Positions 53,911 to 64,000 of a stretch of DNA of 64,000 bases are shown piece after piece. The stretch's first letter is position 1, and each line of letters starts with the position of its first letter. The stretch spans positions 261,158 to 325,157 of the forward strand of contig CAVWMC010000003.1 of assembly GCA_963756005.1 (NCBI GenBank), in the 5' to 3' direction. The translations under genes were made by a program, and so were the position numbers. Below the pieces are notes generated by a model. That model had not been told where the DNA came from, did no database searches, and saw nothing but the letters and a program-made list of their open reading frames with translations. Origin of the DNA: an uncultured delta proteobacterium (GTDB taxonomy: Bacteria > Desulfobacterota > Binatia > Binatales > Binataceae).

Positions 53911-55520
53911 GATTGCACGTGCAGGAAAATGTCGCGGGCGTGCTCGTCGCTGATGCGCTTGACCGACGTGATTCGATCGGCGAATTGCGCCAGCGACGAG
54001 GTCTCGGCCGAGCCCACGTCAACTAGCACCGCGAAGATCGAAAAATCCAGTTCGTCTTTGCGCTCGCGCAGCCGCGCCAGCCAATCCGGACTGACCTGCG
54101 ACTCGCCGTCGGTGATGATCACGATGTCGCCGCGCTTGAGTTTCTTTTCGCCTAGCAGTTCGACCGCCGCGTCGATTGGAGTCTCGAAGTCGGTGCCGCC
54201 GCCGGGAAAGTACTCGGCCATCTCGACGACCTTGTTCAAGTCGGGCTGGTAGCGCCGCTCACGATTGAGGTCGAGCACCTTGAGGCTAACGTCGCCGGAC
54301 GAAAACATGACGGCGCGGAACAGCCGGCGCTGGCGCCGCGCAATATCCATCAGCGTCAGCGCGACCGCCTTCGACCACATCTCCTTGTCGCCCTGCATCG
54401 AGGAGCTCACGTCGATACACACGACCATCGGGCCCTTGCCCTTCTGCTCGTCGTCGCGCAGGCGGTACTGAAGCACGGTGCCTTCGAGCACGCGGCGATG
54501 GAAATCACGCTTGAGCACGGGATGATGCATCGCGAGCAGCTCGGCGGGAATCAGGCGTCCGAGCTCGGAGCCGAGCTCGATGTCGTAGGCCTCGGCGACG
54601 CCGCGCTCGAGCGTCTTGCGCTTGAGCGCGCGCGCGTCCTGCTTGAACCGCCCGACCATCCGCGCCAACTCGCCGAGTTTCTTGTTGCGCGCGAGGCGTC
54701 GGCCGAGCTCGAGGCGCGCGCCGGCCGCGACGCGTCCGCCCTGCCCGAACTCGCGGCTGAAGTCGTGACTATCTTCGGCGGCTTGATCGATTTCCGCGGC
54801 CAGCTCGCCGGTCTTTAGCTGCATCCGCTTGAGCGCGCTTTGATCCGCGCCCTTGAGTTGAGTCTCGAACTGCCGCGACTTCTGATTGAGCCGCGCCTCG
54901 GAGACTTTCGCCGCGCGCTCGGCTGCATCGGCCATCTCGGCGAGTTCTTTTTTCGTCTTTTGATCTTTTCCTTCGCCGGATTCTTGCTCGCCCTCTTTCG
55001 ATTCCTGGATTTCGTTGACAACGAAAGCCTTTACCGCCTCGGCGCGCGCTTCGAGGTCCTGTTCCTGGCGCGCGAGGTCCCACAGGTCGAGCATCTCGCT
55101 GCGATTGATGAGCTTCTCGGATTTCACCATCTCGAGCGCATGCTCGCTCATCACGATTGCGGCGATCGCAGCCTTGTCTTCTTCGAGTGCGGTGCGCGAG
55201 CGCAGCGCCTGGAACGGCGCCGACGGCACGATTTGCTCGAGGATGGTGCGGTTGAGCGCAGCGGCGAGGCGCACGTCGCCGGACTTGCGCATCACCGGGT
55301 TCATCTTGAACAGCGCTAAGAAGAGATCCTGCACCAGCGCGCCGAAATGCGGGACCAGCCGCTCGCCGGTTTCGGCGAGGTCGGCGAGCGACGGCGCGTC
55401 GGCGACGATTTCATTCCACGTGCGCCGGTCGTAGCTGTCGCTCTCGAACCACGACGCGTTGGTGGGCACGACCGGAATATAAAGGCGTCGCGGCTTGACG
55501 ATTTTGGGTTTGCGCGCCAT
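53907..55520 (-). CDS. CoxE-like vWA domain protein
   Basis: C-terminal vWA (VVCIDVSSSM ... ITDGES). Coiled-coil N-terminal region, as in PF05762 proteins. Confidence 0.8.
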   Translation of the reverse strand: MARKPKIVKPRRLYIPVVPTNASWFESDSYDRRTWNEIVADAPSLADLAETGERLVPHFGALVQDLFLALFKMNPVMRKSGDVRLAAALNRTILEQIVPSAPFQALRSRTALEEDKAAIAAIVMSEHALEMVKSEKLINRSEMLDLWDLARQEQDLEARAEAVKAFVVNEIQESKEGEQESGEGKDQKTKKELAEMADAAERAAKVSEARLNQKSRQFETQLKGADQSALKRMQLKTGELAAEIDQAAEDSHDFSREFGQGGRVAAGARLELGRRLARNKKLGELARMVGRFKQDARALKRKTLERGVAEAYDIELGSELGRLIPAELLAMHHPVLKRDFHRRVLEGTVLQYRLRDDEQKGKGPMVVCIDVSSSMQGDKEMWSKAVALTLMDIARRQRRLFRAVMFSSGDVSLKVLDLNRERRYQPDLNKVVEMAEYFPGGGTDFETPIDAAVELLGEKKLKRGDIVIITDGESQVSPDWLARLRERKDELDFSIFAVLVDVGSAETSSLAQFADRITSVKRISDEHARDIFLHVQS

Positions 55521-55637
55521 CGGGATCGATCCTACGTCACCAAATACCGGCTCGCCATGACCTCGATTCCCGCCATTGCCCTACGATGTCCCTTGAACTT
55601 GTCGGTCAATGCGTAACAGAATTGAAACAAGCACGAG

Positions 55638-56684
55638 ATGACACAGGAATCTTCAGGCACCACGCTATCGAACCGGCAGCATTCGCTGGTGCTCGCGGCG
55701 GTGCAGGAGTTTATCGCGACCGCCGAGCCGGTCGGATCGGCGCAGATCGTCGCGCGGCATCAGCTGGGCGTACGCGGCGCGATGGTGCGCAACATGATGG
55801 CCGAGCTCGAGGACGGCGGTTACCTGCGCCAGCCCCACACCTCTGCAGGGCGGGTCCCTACTGAAAAAGCGTTCCGCTACTACGTCGATCATCTGGCGGC
55901 GGCGACGCGAATCGGCTTCGAGGATCGCGCGCAAATCGAGCTCCATTACTCGAGCGCCGTGCGCAATCTCGGCGAAGTCCTGCGCGACACGCCACGCCTG
56001 CTGTCGATTTTGACGGGACAGGCGGCGCTGGTGATGGCGCCGCGGCTGGAGGCCTCGATCATCGAGCGCGTCAACTTCGTGCGGCTGCGCGACAACCAGG
56101 TGCTGGCGGTTTTCGTGGCGTCGAAGGGCGCGATGCAGAATCGAATCGTCGATACCGATCGCGACCATTCGCAGGACGAGCTCGATCGGATGGCGCGCTA
56201 TCTCAACCAGTCGCTCGAAGGACGCACGCTCGACGAAGCGCGGCGGTGGATCGAAACGCAGCTTCGTGAAGAGCGCGCAAGCTACGATCGCTTCATGCAC
56301 GACGCGCTCGCGCTCGGCGAGGCGCTGGCCGATTACATCGGGCGCCCCGAGATGTACGTCGAGGGCAGCCTGCAGGCGCTCGAACAGCCGGAGTTTTCCG
56401 ATCGCGGCAAGATGCGCGAGCTGTTGCGCGCGCTCGACGACAAAACCGCGCTGCTCGAATTGCTCGAGCGCAGCCTGACCAACGCCGGCCTGACCGTGTC
56501 GATCGGGTCCGAGAACTACGACCCGCGGCTGGCGTCGTTGAGCGTGGTCGCGGCTTCGTACGCGAGCGGTTCGAGCGCGCTCGGCAGTCTCGCGATCGTC
56601 GGGCCGGTGCGGATGGACTACGACCGGGTCATCCCGCTGGTCGAGTACACGGCGCGGGCGCTGTCGCGGCTGATGGAATATTGA
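55638..56684 (+). CDS. hrcA: heat-inducible transcription repressor HrcA
   Basis: Winged-helix N-terminus (AEPVGSAQIV) and overall HrcA similarity. Followed by grpE-dnaK-dnaJ. Confidence 0.9.
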   Translation: MTQESSGTTLSNRQHSLVLAAVQEFIATAEPVGSAQIVARHQLGVRGAMVRNMMAELEDGGYLRQPHTSAGRVPTEKAFRYYVDHLAAATRIGFEDRAQIELHYSSAVRNLGEVLRDTPRLLSILTGQAALVMAPRLEASIIERVNFVRLRDNQVLAVFVASKGAMQNRIVDTDRDHSQDELDRMARYLNQSLEGRTLDEARRWIETQLREERASYDRFMHDALALGEALADYIGRPEMYVEGSLQALEQPEFSDRGKMRELLRALDDKTALLELLERSLTNAGLTVSIGSENYDPRLASLSVVAASYASGSSALGSLAIVGPVRMDYDRVIPLVEYTARALSRLMEY

Positions 56685-56693
56685 AGAATTGAA

Positions 56694-56756
56694 ATGAAAC
56701 CCACGGTGGGTTTCAAACTTCCTTCGGCAGGGGTGACCCCTGCACCCGGTACTTCT
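56694..56756. repeat. family B element, copy 3 (first two hairpins only)
   Basis: GAAACCC-acggt-GGGTTTC and GCAGGGG-tga-CCCCTGC. Confidence 0.75.
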
Positions 56757-56856
56757 GCTCCCTAAAGTCTGCGAATAATTCAACGATTTCGGGCTTGCGG
56801 GCAGTGGCGCGGGTGGAAATCGTGCTTACGTTTAGCGTTGGTTCGGTCTGGCAAAC

Positions 56857-57480
56857 ATGAACAAACGACACAAGCATCCTCAGGACGGAAATCCCGGTAT
56901 GGATGGTGAGTTCGATCAGACGGACGCCGCGCCGCAGGCGGAACATGCCGATGCGGAAGCGTTGCGCGCGCAGATCGCCGAAAAAGACAAGGAAATCGCC
57001 GAGCTGAAGGACAAGTATCTGCGCACGCTCGCCGACTCCGAGAATGCGCGCAAGCGAATCCGCCAGCAGAGCGAGGAATCCGTGCGTATCCAGCGCGAGA
57101 GTATCCTGCGCGACCTGCTGCCGATTATCGACAACCTCGAACGCGCGCTTGCAGCCGCTCGCAACGGCACCGACGCCAAGACGATCGTCGATGGCGTCGA
57201 GATGACGGTGCGGGCGCTGATCGATTTCCTGCGCGCGCAGGGCGTGACGCCGTTGCAGGCGGTCGGACAGACATTCGATCCCAATCGGCATGAGGCGGTC
57301 GATCACGTGGCGTCTGCAGCGCACGCGCCGAACACGGTCGTCGATGAGTTCCATCGGGGGTATCTGATTGGCGAGCGGGTCCTGCGGCCGGCGCGAGTGT
57401 CGGTTGCCAAGGGAAATGGGACCGATTCGGGAAAGCGAAACGGAGGCGAAAGCGACGCCTCCGACGTTGAAAATAACTGA
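56857..57480 (+). CDS. grpE: nucleotide exchange factor GrpE
   Basis: GrpE coiled coil and C-terminal beta domain. Confidence 0.95.
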   Translation: MNKRHKHPQDGNPGMDGEFDQTDAAPQAEHADAEALRAQIAEKDKEIAELKDKYLRTLADSENARKRIRQQSEESVRIQRESILRDLLPIIDNLERALAAARNGTDAKTIVDGVEMTVRALIDFLRAQGVTPLQAVGQTFDPNRHEAVDHVASAAHAPNTVVDEFHRGYLIGERVLRPARVSVAKGNGTDSGKRNGGESDASDVENN

Positions 57481-57529
57481 AGCGTGATTATCTCTATCTT
57501 AAGTTCTATATCAGGGGACCTTTAGGAAA

Positions 57530-59473
57530 ATGGCAAAAGTTATCGGTATCGATCTGGGCACGACCAACAGTTGCGTCGCGATCATGGAGGGTGGCGACCC
57601 CGTTGTTATCGCCAACTCCGAAGGCAGTCGCACGACGCCGTCGGTGGTCGCGTTCACGGAAGCGGGCGAGCGGCTGGTTGGCCAGATCGCCAAGCGCCAG
57701 TCGATCACCAATCCGACCAACACAGTTTTCGCGATCAAACGCCTGATGGGCCGGCGTTTCGACGACGGCGAAGTTCAGAAGGCGCTCAAGGTGCTGCCGT
57801 ACAAGGTCGTGAAGGCCGACGACGGCGCGGCGTGGGTGGAAATCCGCGGCAAGAAATACAGCCCGCCGGAGATTTCGGCGTTCATCCTGCAGAAGATGAA
57901 GCAGACGGCTGAGGATTATCTCGGCGAGAAAGTCACCGAGGCCGTTATCACCGTGCCCGCGTACTTCAACGACAGCCAGCGCCAGGCGACCAAGGATGCG
58001 GGCCGGATCGCGGGCCTGAACGTGCTGCGAATTATCAACGAGCCGACGGCGGCGTCGCTGGCCTACGGTCTCGACAAGAAGAAAGACGAAAAGATCGCCG
58101 TGTTCGATCTCGGCGGCGGCACTTTTGACATTTCAATTCTCGAGCTGGGCGAAGGCGTGTTCGAGGTCAAATCGACCAACGGCGACACCTTCCTCGGCGG
58201 CGAAGATTTCGATCAGCGCGTAATCGACTACCTGGCCGACGAGTTCCACAAGGACCAGGGATTCGATCTGCGCAAAGATCGGATGGCGCTGCAGCGGCTG
58301 AAGGAAGCCGCCGAGAAGGCCAAGACCGAACTGTCCACGGTGACCGAGACCGATATCAACCTGCCGTTCATCACGGCCGATCAGTCGGGCCCCAAGCATC
58401 TCAATATCAAGCTGACGCGCGCGAAGCTCGAAGCGCTGTGCGCCGACCTGCTCGACCGGCTCGATGCGCCGTGCGTGACCGCATTGCGCGACGCCGGACT
58501 GAAGGCGAGCGAGATCAATGAGATAGTGCTGGTCGGCGGCATGACGCGGATGCCGGCGGTGCAGGAGCGCGTCAAGCGCCTGTTCGGCAAGGAAGGGCAC
58601 AAGGGCGTCAACCCGGACGAGGTGGTCGCGATTGGTGCGGCAATCCAGGCGGGCGTGCTCAAGGGCGAAGTCAAAGACGTGCTGCTGCTCGACGTGACTC
58701 CGCTGTCGCTGGGAATCGAAACGCTCGGCGGCGTGTTCACCAAGCTTATCGAAAAGAACACGACGATTCCGACGCGCAAGAGTCAGACGTTTTCGACCGC
58801 GCAGGACAATCAGACTGCGGTCACGATTCGCGTGTTCCAGGGCGAGCGTGACATGGCGGCGGACAACAAGCTGCTCGGGCAGTTCGACTTGATTGGAATT
58901 CCGCCGGCGCCGCGCGGAATGCCGCAGGTCGAGGTCACCTTCGACATCGATGCGAACGGAATCGTGAACGTGCATGCGAAGGACTTGGGCACCAACAAGG
59001 AGCAGTCGATCAAGATTACAGCGTCGTCGGGACTCAACGAGGACGAGATCAAGAAGATGGTGCGCGAGGCCGAAGCGCATGCGGCGGACGACCATGCCCG
59101 CCGTCAGCAGGCCGAGGCGCGCAACAAACTCGACAACCTGATCTACACGAGTGAGAAGACGCTCAAGGATCACGGCGCCGGCGTTGACGAGGCCGGGCGC
59201 AAGGCGGTCGAGGACGCGCTGGCGGAGGCGCGGACCAAGCTCGAATCGAAGGACGCCGACGAGATCAATCGCGCGGCCGAGGCGCTGCAGAACGCGTCGC
59301 ACAAGCTGGCGGAGGCGATGTACAGCAAGACCAAGGCTGAAGCCGGACCGCAGGCGGGCGCGGGTCCGCAGGATGGCGCCGGCGCGCAGAGTGGCTCCCA
59401 GAGCGGGAATGGCGAAGCGGGCGCGAAAGAAGACGTGGTCGATGCGGACTACAAAGAAGTCAAAGATCAATAA
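57530..59473 (+). CDS. dnaK: molecular chaperone DnaK (Hsp70)
   Basis: [18 protein letters not shown], and the C-terminal lid. Confidence 0.98.
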   Translation: MAKVIGIDLGTTNSCVAIMEGGDPVVIANSEGSRTTPSVVAFTEAGERLVGQIAKRQSITNPTNTVFAIKRLMGRRFDDGEVQKALKVLPYKVVKADDGAAWVEIRGKKYSPPEISAFILQKMKQTAEDYLGEKVTEAVITVPAYFNDSQRQATKDAGRIAGLNVLRIINEPTAASLAYGLDKKKDEKIAVFDLGGGTFDISILELGEGVFEVKSTNGDTFLGGEDFDQRVIDYLADEFHKDQGFDLRKDRMALQRLKEAAEKAKTELSTVTETDINLPFITADQSGPKHLNIKLTRAKLEALCADLLDRLDAPCVTALRDAGLKASEINEIVLVGGMTRMPAVQERVKRLFGKEGHKGVNPDEVVAIGAAIQAGVLKGEVKDVLLLDVTPLSLGIETLGGVFTKLIEKNTTIPTRKSQTFSTAQDNQTAVTIRVFQGERDMAADNKLLGQFDLIGIPPAPRGMPQVEVTFDIDANGIVNVHAKDLGTNKEQSIKITASSGLNEDEIKKMVREAEAHAADDHARRQQAEARNKLDNLIYTSEKTLKDHGAGVDEAGRKAVEDALAEARTKLESKDADEINRAAEALQNASHKLAEAMYSKTKAEAGPQAGAGPQDGAGAQSGSQSGNGEAGAKEDVVDADYKEVKDQ

Positions 59474-59558
59474 CGGAAGACGGGGCCGCGCAAGCGGCCC
59501 CTCTCGTATGAAGCGCACAATGGCATCCGCGACTGTGTTCGCATAGAATCTTTGCGCG

Positions 59559-60695
59559 ATGCCGTCAGCACAAAAACGCGACTACTACGAAGTCCTCGGC
59601 GTCAATCGCGGCTGCGGCGAAGTCGATCTGAAGAAGGCCTATCGCAGTCTCGCGATTCAGTTTCATCCCGATCGCAATCCCGGCAATAAAGACGCCGAGG
59701 AGCGCTTCAAGGAACTCAACGAGGCCTACCAGGTCCTGTCCGATCCCGAGCGGCGGGCGCAGTACGATCGCTTCGGGCATGCCGCGTTCCAGGGGCCGCA
59801 AGGTGGTCCGGGCGGATTTGGCGGCTTCGATTTCAGCCAGGGCTTCGAGGAAGTTTTCTCCGACATCTTCGGCGATTTTTTCGGCACCGGCCGCGGACGC
59901 TCGCGCTCGCGCACGCGGCGCGGCGACGACCTGCGCTACGATCTCGAAATTGAATTCGAAGAAGCGGCGCGCGGGATCGAAAAAGTCGTAAAGTTCCAGC
60001 GCCTCACGCAATGCGAATCCTGCAACGGCACGCGCGCACGCGGCGGCTCCAGTGGCGCACGGCAATGTCCCAATTGCCGCGGCAGCGGCCAGGTGCGCAC
60101 GCAGCAGGGATTCTTCTCGATCTCGACCACCTGCGGGCAATGCCGCGGCGAGGGCATGATCATCTCCGACCCGTGCCCCAAGTGCCAGGGACAGGGGCGA
60201 ATTCGCAAAGCCGAATCGCTCGCGGTGAAGATTCCGCCGGGCGTCGATAACGGATCGCGCCTCAAGCTGCGCGGCGAGGGCGAGGCCGGCTACGGCGGCG
60301 GACCGCAAGGCGATCTCTACGTCGTCATCCACGTCAAGGAGCACGAGATGTTCGTGCGCCAGGACAACGACGTGATTATCGAGGCGCCGATCAGCTTTCC
60401 ACAGGCGGCGGTCGGCACCGAGATCGAAGTGCCGACGCTCGAAGGCAAAGTGAAGCTCAAGATTCCGCCGGGCACGCAATCGGGAAAAATCCTGCGCCTC
60501 AAGGGCAAGGGCATCGTCGATCTTCACGGCTACGGACGCGGCGATCAGCTGATCAAGGTGATCGTCGAGACGCCGCGCAGCCTGACCGCGCGCCAGCGCG
60601 AACTACTCGAGGAATTCGCCAAGCTCGACGGCAAGGCCGTCAATCATCCACTCTCCAAGGGCTTCGTGGACAAGCTCAAGGAGATGTTCGGCTAG
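59559..60695 (+). CDS. dnaJ: molecular chaperone DnaJ
   Basis: J domain with HPD, G/F region, four CxxCxGxG zinc-finger repeats. Confidence 0.98.
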   Translation: MPSAQKRDYYEVLGVNRGCGEVDLKKAYRSLAIQFHPDRNPGNKDAEERFKELNEAYQVLSDPERRAQYDRFGHAAFQGPQGGPGGFGGFDFSQGFEEVFSDIFGDFFGTGRGRSRSRTRRGDDLRYDLEIEFEEAARGIEKVVKFQRLTQCESCNGTRARGGSSGARQCPNCRGSGQVRTQQGFFSISTTCGQCRGEGMIISDPCPKCQGQGRIRKAESLAVKIPPGVDNGSRLKLRGEGEAGYGGGPQGDLYVVIHVKEHEMFVRQDNDVIIEAPISFPQAAVGTEIEVPTLEGKVKLKIPPGTQSGKILRLKGKGIVDLHGYGRGDQLIKVIVETPRSLTARQRELLEEFAKLDGKAVNHPLSKGFVDKLKEMFG

Positions 60696-60738
60696 CCTGT
60701 GATTGCGAAAGCGCCGTCGGGCGAAGGAGCGTAACGCT

Positions 60739-60948
60739 ATGGCCTGCAATTCGTGCGAGAGCAGCGGAAGATTCCGGGCGAGCTATTGCGATGATTGCGA
60801 GCGCTGGACCTTCCACGTCGATAAGCGCGACCTCTTGATCGCGGCGGGACTCATGGCGGTGGCCGCGGTGATCGTCCTTCAGCCGGAGTTGCTGGTCGCG
60901 CCCGCCGGCATCATGTTCGCGCGGCGCGCAATCGGCGCACTCGTCTAA
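60739..60948 (+). CDS. small zinc-ribbon membrane protein (69 aa)
   Basis: CNSC..CDDC Cys4 motif and one TM helix. RBS aaggag upstream. Confidence 0.5.
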   Translation: MACNSCESSGRFRASYCDDCERWTFHVDKRDLLIAAGLMAVAAVIVLQPELLVAPAGIMFARRAIGALV

Positions 60949-60962
60949 ACAATTCCGCGCGC

Positions 60963-61373
60963 TCAGCGCGGGACGTGCACCAGTTCCAGCTTCAGGCCGT
61001 CGGGATCGGTGAAAAACACCGCGTAGTATCCCGGCAGGTAGTCGTACTCCTTCGGCGGATCGGTGACCTTGCCACCGTTGGCCGGAATCTGTTTCGCGAG
61101 ATCGTCGATGAGCTCGCGGCTGTCGGCGGCGAATGCAATCTCGCACAGTCCAACCCGATGGCGATGAAACTTGTCGGCGCGGAATTCCGGATCTGACGGC
61201 CGGATCCACAGCGATCCGTGGTCGCCGAAGTAGCCGGTGGTGACGTCGGTGTCGGGCTGATCGTAGGACATCGCCTGCGGATAGCCAATTTGCGGCATCA
61301 GCCACGAGTAGAACTTTTTCGCCGCCGCGTAATCGTTCACATTGACGATGATATGGTCAACTCCAGCGCGCAT
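60963..61373 (-). CDS. VOC family protein (glyoxalase/bleomycin-resistance fold)
   Basis: Intact paralog of the frameshifted 20170 gene (GYYAVFFTDPDGLKLE). Confidence 0.85.
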   Translation of the reverse strand: MRAGVDHIIVNVNDYAAAKKFYSWLMPQIGYPQAMSYDQPDTDVTTGYFGDHGSLWIRPSDPEFRADKFHRHRVGLCEIAFAADSRELIDDLAKQIPANGGKVTDPPKEYDYLPGYYAVFFTDPDGLKLELVHVPR

Positions 61374-61394
61374 AACGACACCTCCGTGCAGTAA

Positions 61395-62264
61395 CTAACT
61401 TTGTGCGCGGCCCAGCGCGTCGAACAACGCCGCGCGCATCACGCCGGCCGGCGGCGCGATTCGATTGAACAGCTTGAACGCGAGCTCGCCCTGGTTCACC
61501 AGCATCCCGGCGCCGTCGGCCGCGCGCCGTCCGGCGGCCACGGCGGGCTTCACGAACTCGGTCGGCTCGCCGGAATAGATCAGATCGTAGAACAGGCAAT
61601 CGGCGGCGGTTGAGCTGTAATCGAGGCGCGCGAATCGGCCCGTCGTCAGACCCATCGAGGTCGCGTTGACGATCAGTCGCGCGTCGGCCAGCAGCGCCGA
61701 GTCCATCAGGGCGTCAAGCCCGCGCGGTTCACTCGCCGCGCGCACGATGCCCCTGGCAGAAAAGCGGCGGGCGAGCGCCGCGGCGCGCGCAGGCGTACGA
61801 TTCACGATCACGACGCGGTTTGCGCCCAGCCGGAAACACGCGAGCACCGATGACGCCGCGCCGCCGCCCGCGCCGATCACGATGGCGAGCCGTCCGCGCA
61901 GCTCGCATCCGAGGTCGCGCAAGTCGCGCTCGAGGCCGCGCGCATCGGTGTTGTCGCCGCGCAGCACGCCGCGCCGATTGACGACGCAGTTGACCGCGCC
62001 GAGCATCCGCGCTTCTCCGCTCAGATCCTTGATCAGCCGCGCCGCCGCCTGCTTGTGCGGCACGGTCAGATTCACGCCGATGATTCCGAGCGCGGGAATC
62101 GCGCGAAGGGCTGGCGCGAGATTGCCGGCCGTCACGCGAAACGCCGCGTACGTCCGGCTCATGCCGAGCGCGGCGTAGGCGGCGTTGTGCATCGCGGGCG
62201 ATTTGGAATGTTCTATCGGATCGCCGAAAATCGCCGCGACCACGATATCGCCGATGGCAGCCAA
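61395..62264 (-). CDS. aroE: shikimate dehydrogenase
   Basis: GDPIEHSKSP, VTVPHK-like LTVPHKQ, and the GAGGA Rossmann motif. Confidence 0.9.
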   Translation of the reverse strand: MAAIGDIVVAAIFGDPIEHSKSPAMHNAAYAALGMSRTYAAFRVTAGNLAPALRAIPALGIIGVNLTVPHKQAAARLIKDLSGEARMLGAVNCVVNRRGVLRGDNTDARGLERDLRDLGCELRGRLAIVIGAGGGAASSVLACFRLGANRVVIVNRTPARAAALARRFSARGIVRAASEPRGLDALMDSALLADARLIVNATSMGLTTGRFARLDYSSTAADCLFYDLIYSGEPTEFVKPAVAAGRRAADGAGMLVNQGELAFKLFNRIAPPAGVMRAALFDALGRAQS

Positions 62265-62270
62265 GTGAAA

Positions 62271-62843
62271 TCAGCCCGCGAGCGGATGAGCGGCGCGCTC
62301 GGCGCGCACCTCTTCCGCGGTGAAGACCCAGCTGTATTTCAGACCCGCGCGCGCGAACGCTTCGACCGCGCCCTCGCCGCGCTCGACCAGCGCGATGGCC
62401 GCGATTACGTTGCCGCCCACCGCGCGCATCGCATCCACCGCCTGCAGACTCGAACCGCCGGTGGTGATCGTGTCGTCGATCACCGCGGTCTTGAGGCCCG
62501 GCTTGAACGCGCCCTCGACCATCTGCTGCAGGCCGTGCTGCTTGGTTTCCTTGCGCACGAAGAATCCGCGAACATCGACGCCGTTGCGATGCGCCGCGGC
62601 CATCACCGCGTCCGTCACCGGCAGCGCTCCGGCCGCCATCCCGCCGATTTGCTCGACACCCGCCGCCTGCACGAGTTCAAGCACCAGCTCCCCGGCGAGG
62701 TAGGCGCCGCGCGGCAGGTACAGCGTGCGTTTGCAATCGACGTAGTAACTGGACGCGCGGCCGGACGAGAGCGTGAGTTCGCGCTCGAAATACGACTCCC
62801 GCGCCAGCATCGCCAACAATTCGCTGCGTTCTTGAGATTTCAT
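62271..62843 (-). CDS. pyrE: orotate phosphoribosyltransferase
   Basis: PRPP-binding motif VIDDTITTGGS. Confidence 0.9.
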   Translation of the reverse strand: MKSQERSELLAMLARESYFERELTLSSGRASSYYVDCKRTLYLPRGAYLAGELVLELVQAAGVEQIGGMAAGALPVTDAVMAAAHRNGVDVRGFFVRKETKQHGLQQMVEGAFKPGLKTAVIDDTITTGGSSLQAVDAMRAVGGNVIAAIALVERGEGAVEAFARAGLKYSWVFTAEEVRAERAAHPLAG

Positions 62844-63027
62844 AGTTGACCGGTGATCTTAGTGGATGCAGCGCGGGGCACAAGAGCGATATAATATTGA
62901 CCGCGCGGGTGATAGCGTCAAAGATGCCCCGGGGGAAGAATGGACCGTGCGTTACGGTCCGCCGGGCACGAAAAAGGAGAATAGCGATTCGCCACGAGTC
63001 CCGCGACTCGAGCGCCACGCGATATAA

Positions 63028-64000
63028 GTGATTAGCAACGATTCGCCCCGTGTGATCGGAACCGGCACTGCGTTACCAGCCAACTACGTCGATCAGGAAC
63101 AACTGACCTCGCGCCTGCGGGAGCTATGGGAGAAGCGCTGGTCGGATCTGCGCCGCTTCGATAAAATCCAGAGCGCGCTCGGAATCACCGGGCGTCATCT
63201 CGCCTTGCCGATCGAGCAATACATCCCGCTCGACACTTTCGCCAAGACCAACGACGCGTGGATGCGGGTGGCGCCCGAAGTCGGCACCGCGGCCGCTGAA
63301 ATCGCGCTCGAACGCGCCGGCTTGAAGCCGCGCGACGTCGATCATTTGTTCTTCGTCACCGTCACCGGCATCGCCGTTCCGAGCATCGATACTCGCGTGA
63401 TCAGCGCGCTCGGGATGCGCAAGGAAATCAAGCGCACGCCAATCTTCGGACTGGGATGCGTCGCGGGCGCGGCGGGGACGGCGCGCGCCGCCGACTACAT
63501 CCGTGCGTATCCGTCGGAAGTCGCGATGCTGCTGTCGGTCGAGCTGTGCTCGCTCACGCTGCAGCGCGAGGATTTGTCGATCGCGAATATTATTGCGTCG
63601 GGCCTCTTCGGCGACGGCGCCGCGGCGATGCTAATCGGCGGCCATGCAAGCGCGGAGGACGGACCGCAGGTAGTCGCGACGCAATCGCTGGTTTTCCCGA
63701 ACACCGAAGAAATCCTCGGTTGGGAAATCGTCGATAGCGGCTTCAAAATCGTTCTGTCGTCGAAACTCACCGAACTCGTCCGCGCCAACATCCTCGACGA
63801 AGTTGATTCGTTCCTCGCCAGACAAAATATCGGCCGCGCGGACATCAAGCACTGGATCGCGCACGCCGGCGGCCCCAAAGTGCTCGAGACCCTCGAAGGC
63901 GCGCTCGCTCTGCCCGAGGGCGCGCTGGCGCGTTCGTGGAGCTCGCTGCAATCGGTTGGCAATCTCTCGTCGGCGTCCGTGATGTTCATCCTCGACGAAT
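63028..64000 (+). CDS. type III polyketide synthase (chalcone/stilbene synthase family), 3' end beyond the window
   Basis: Read from the frame starting with GTG at 63028. Active-site Cys (GLGCVAG) and GDGAAA. The ORF is absent from the supplied track because it has no stop inside the window. Confidence 0.8.
   Translation, partial: MISNDSPRVIGTGTALPANYVDQEQLTSRLRELWEKRWSDLRRFDKIQSALGITGRHLALPIEQYIPLDTFAKTNDAWMRVAPEVGTAAAEIALERAGLKPRDVDHLFFVTVTGIAVPSIDTRVISALGMRKEIKRTPIFGLGCVAGAAGTARAADYIRAYPSEVAMLLSVELCSLTLQREDLSIANIIASGLFGDGAAAMLIGGHASAEDGPQVVATQSLVFPNTEEILGWEIVDSGFKIVLSSKLTELVRANILDEVDSFLARQNIGRADIKHWIAHAGGPKVLETLEGALALPEGALARSWSSLQSVGNLSSASVMFILDE

Noticed and set aside
55521-55637. Expected CIRCE upstream of hrcA
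   Set aside because: Inspected. No TTAGCACTC-like inverted repeat is present in the 117-bp divergent region.
55665-56783. 372-aa minus-strand ORF, plus 58133..59518 and 59565..60527
   Set aside because: Antisense to hrcA, dnaK and dnaJ respectively.
1-64000. CRISPR arrays, tRNA, rRNA, tmRNA, RNase P, SRP RNA
   Set aside because: No regularly spaced direct repeats with unique spacers. No T-arm/GTTCGA-type tRNA signatures, tag-peptide frames or RNase P/SRP conserved blocks spotted by eye in ORF-free regions. A proper tRNAscan or cmscan was not possible.

Overview
This is a high-GC (~65%) bacterial chromosomal window. The organism is unknown; bactofilin, Bat-type MoxR/vWA operons and an hrcA-grpE-dnaK-dnaJ operon are weakly suggestive of a soil Acidobacteria- or Deltaproteobacteria-like MAG. 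Gene content is mostly housekeeping and accessory metabolism. Recognised genes include an ATP-dependent DNA ligase, a PBP5-like D,D-carboxypeptidase, a zinc-ribbon/class III cyclase/AAA/TPR STAND protein, several SDRs, methyltransferases and VOC proteins, and a complete MoxR-DUF58-BatA-BatB operon. A second BatB paralog is cut by the window start. Also present are an M20 peptidase and FIST sensor pair, an acyl-CoA dehydrogenase, an MFS transporter, a TetR and diiron-oxygenase pair, a CoxE-like vWA and GNAT pair, aroE, pyrE, nth and the 5' part of a type III PKS. No rRNA, tRNA or CRISPR was found. The most unusual content is non-coding. There are at least four intergenic repeat/palindromic element families. 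One is a ~240-bp element with 34-bp terminal inverted repeats (three copies). One is a triple-hairpin element with stem covariation (three copies). One contains 37-bp tandem units (two copies). One is a ~380-bp nested palindrome. Several of these share a terminal CCTAACC/GGTTAGG motif. Separately, 15822..23937 is an accessory islet flanked by SDR genes. It holds a low-GC ORF with no in-frame stop, a 560-bp purine-rich non-coding stretch with repeated AAACGTTT palindromes, and a ~1-kb ORF-poor stretch. Five conserved genes show apparent single-base frameshifts, two inside (CG)n runs and one at a homopolymer. That pattern suggests either assembly error or ongoing gene decay. A CIRCE-like HrcA operator sits upstream of a small unknown ORF, whereas the hrcA operon itself lacks an obvious CIRCE.
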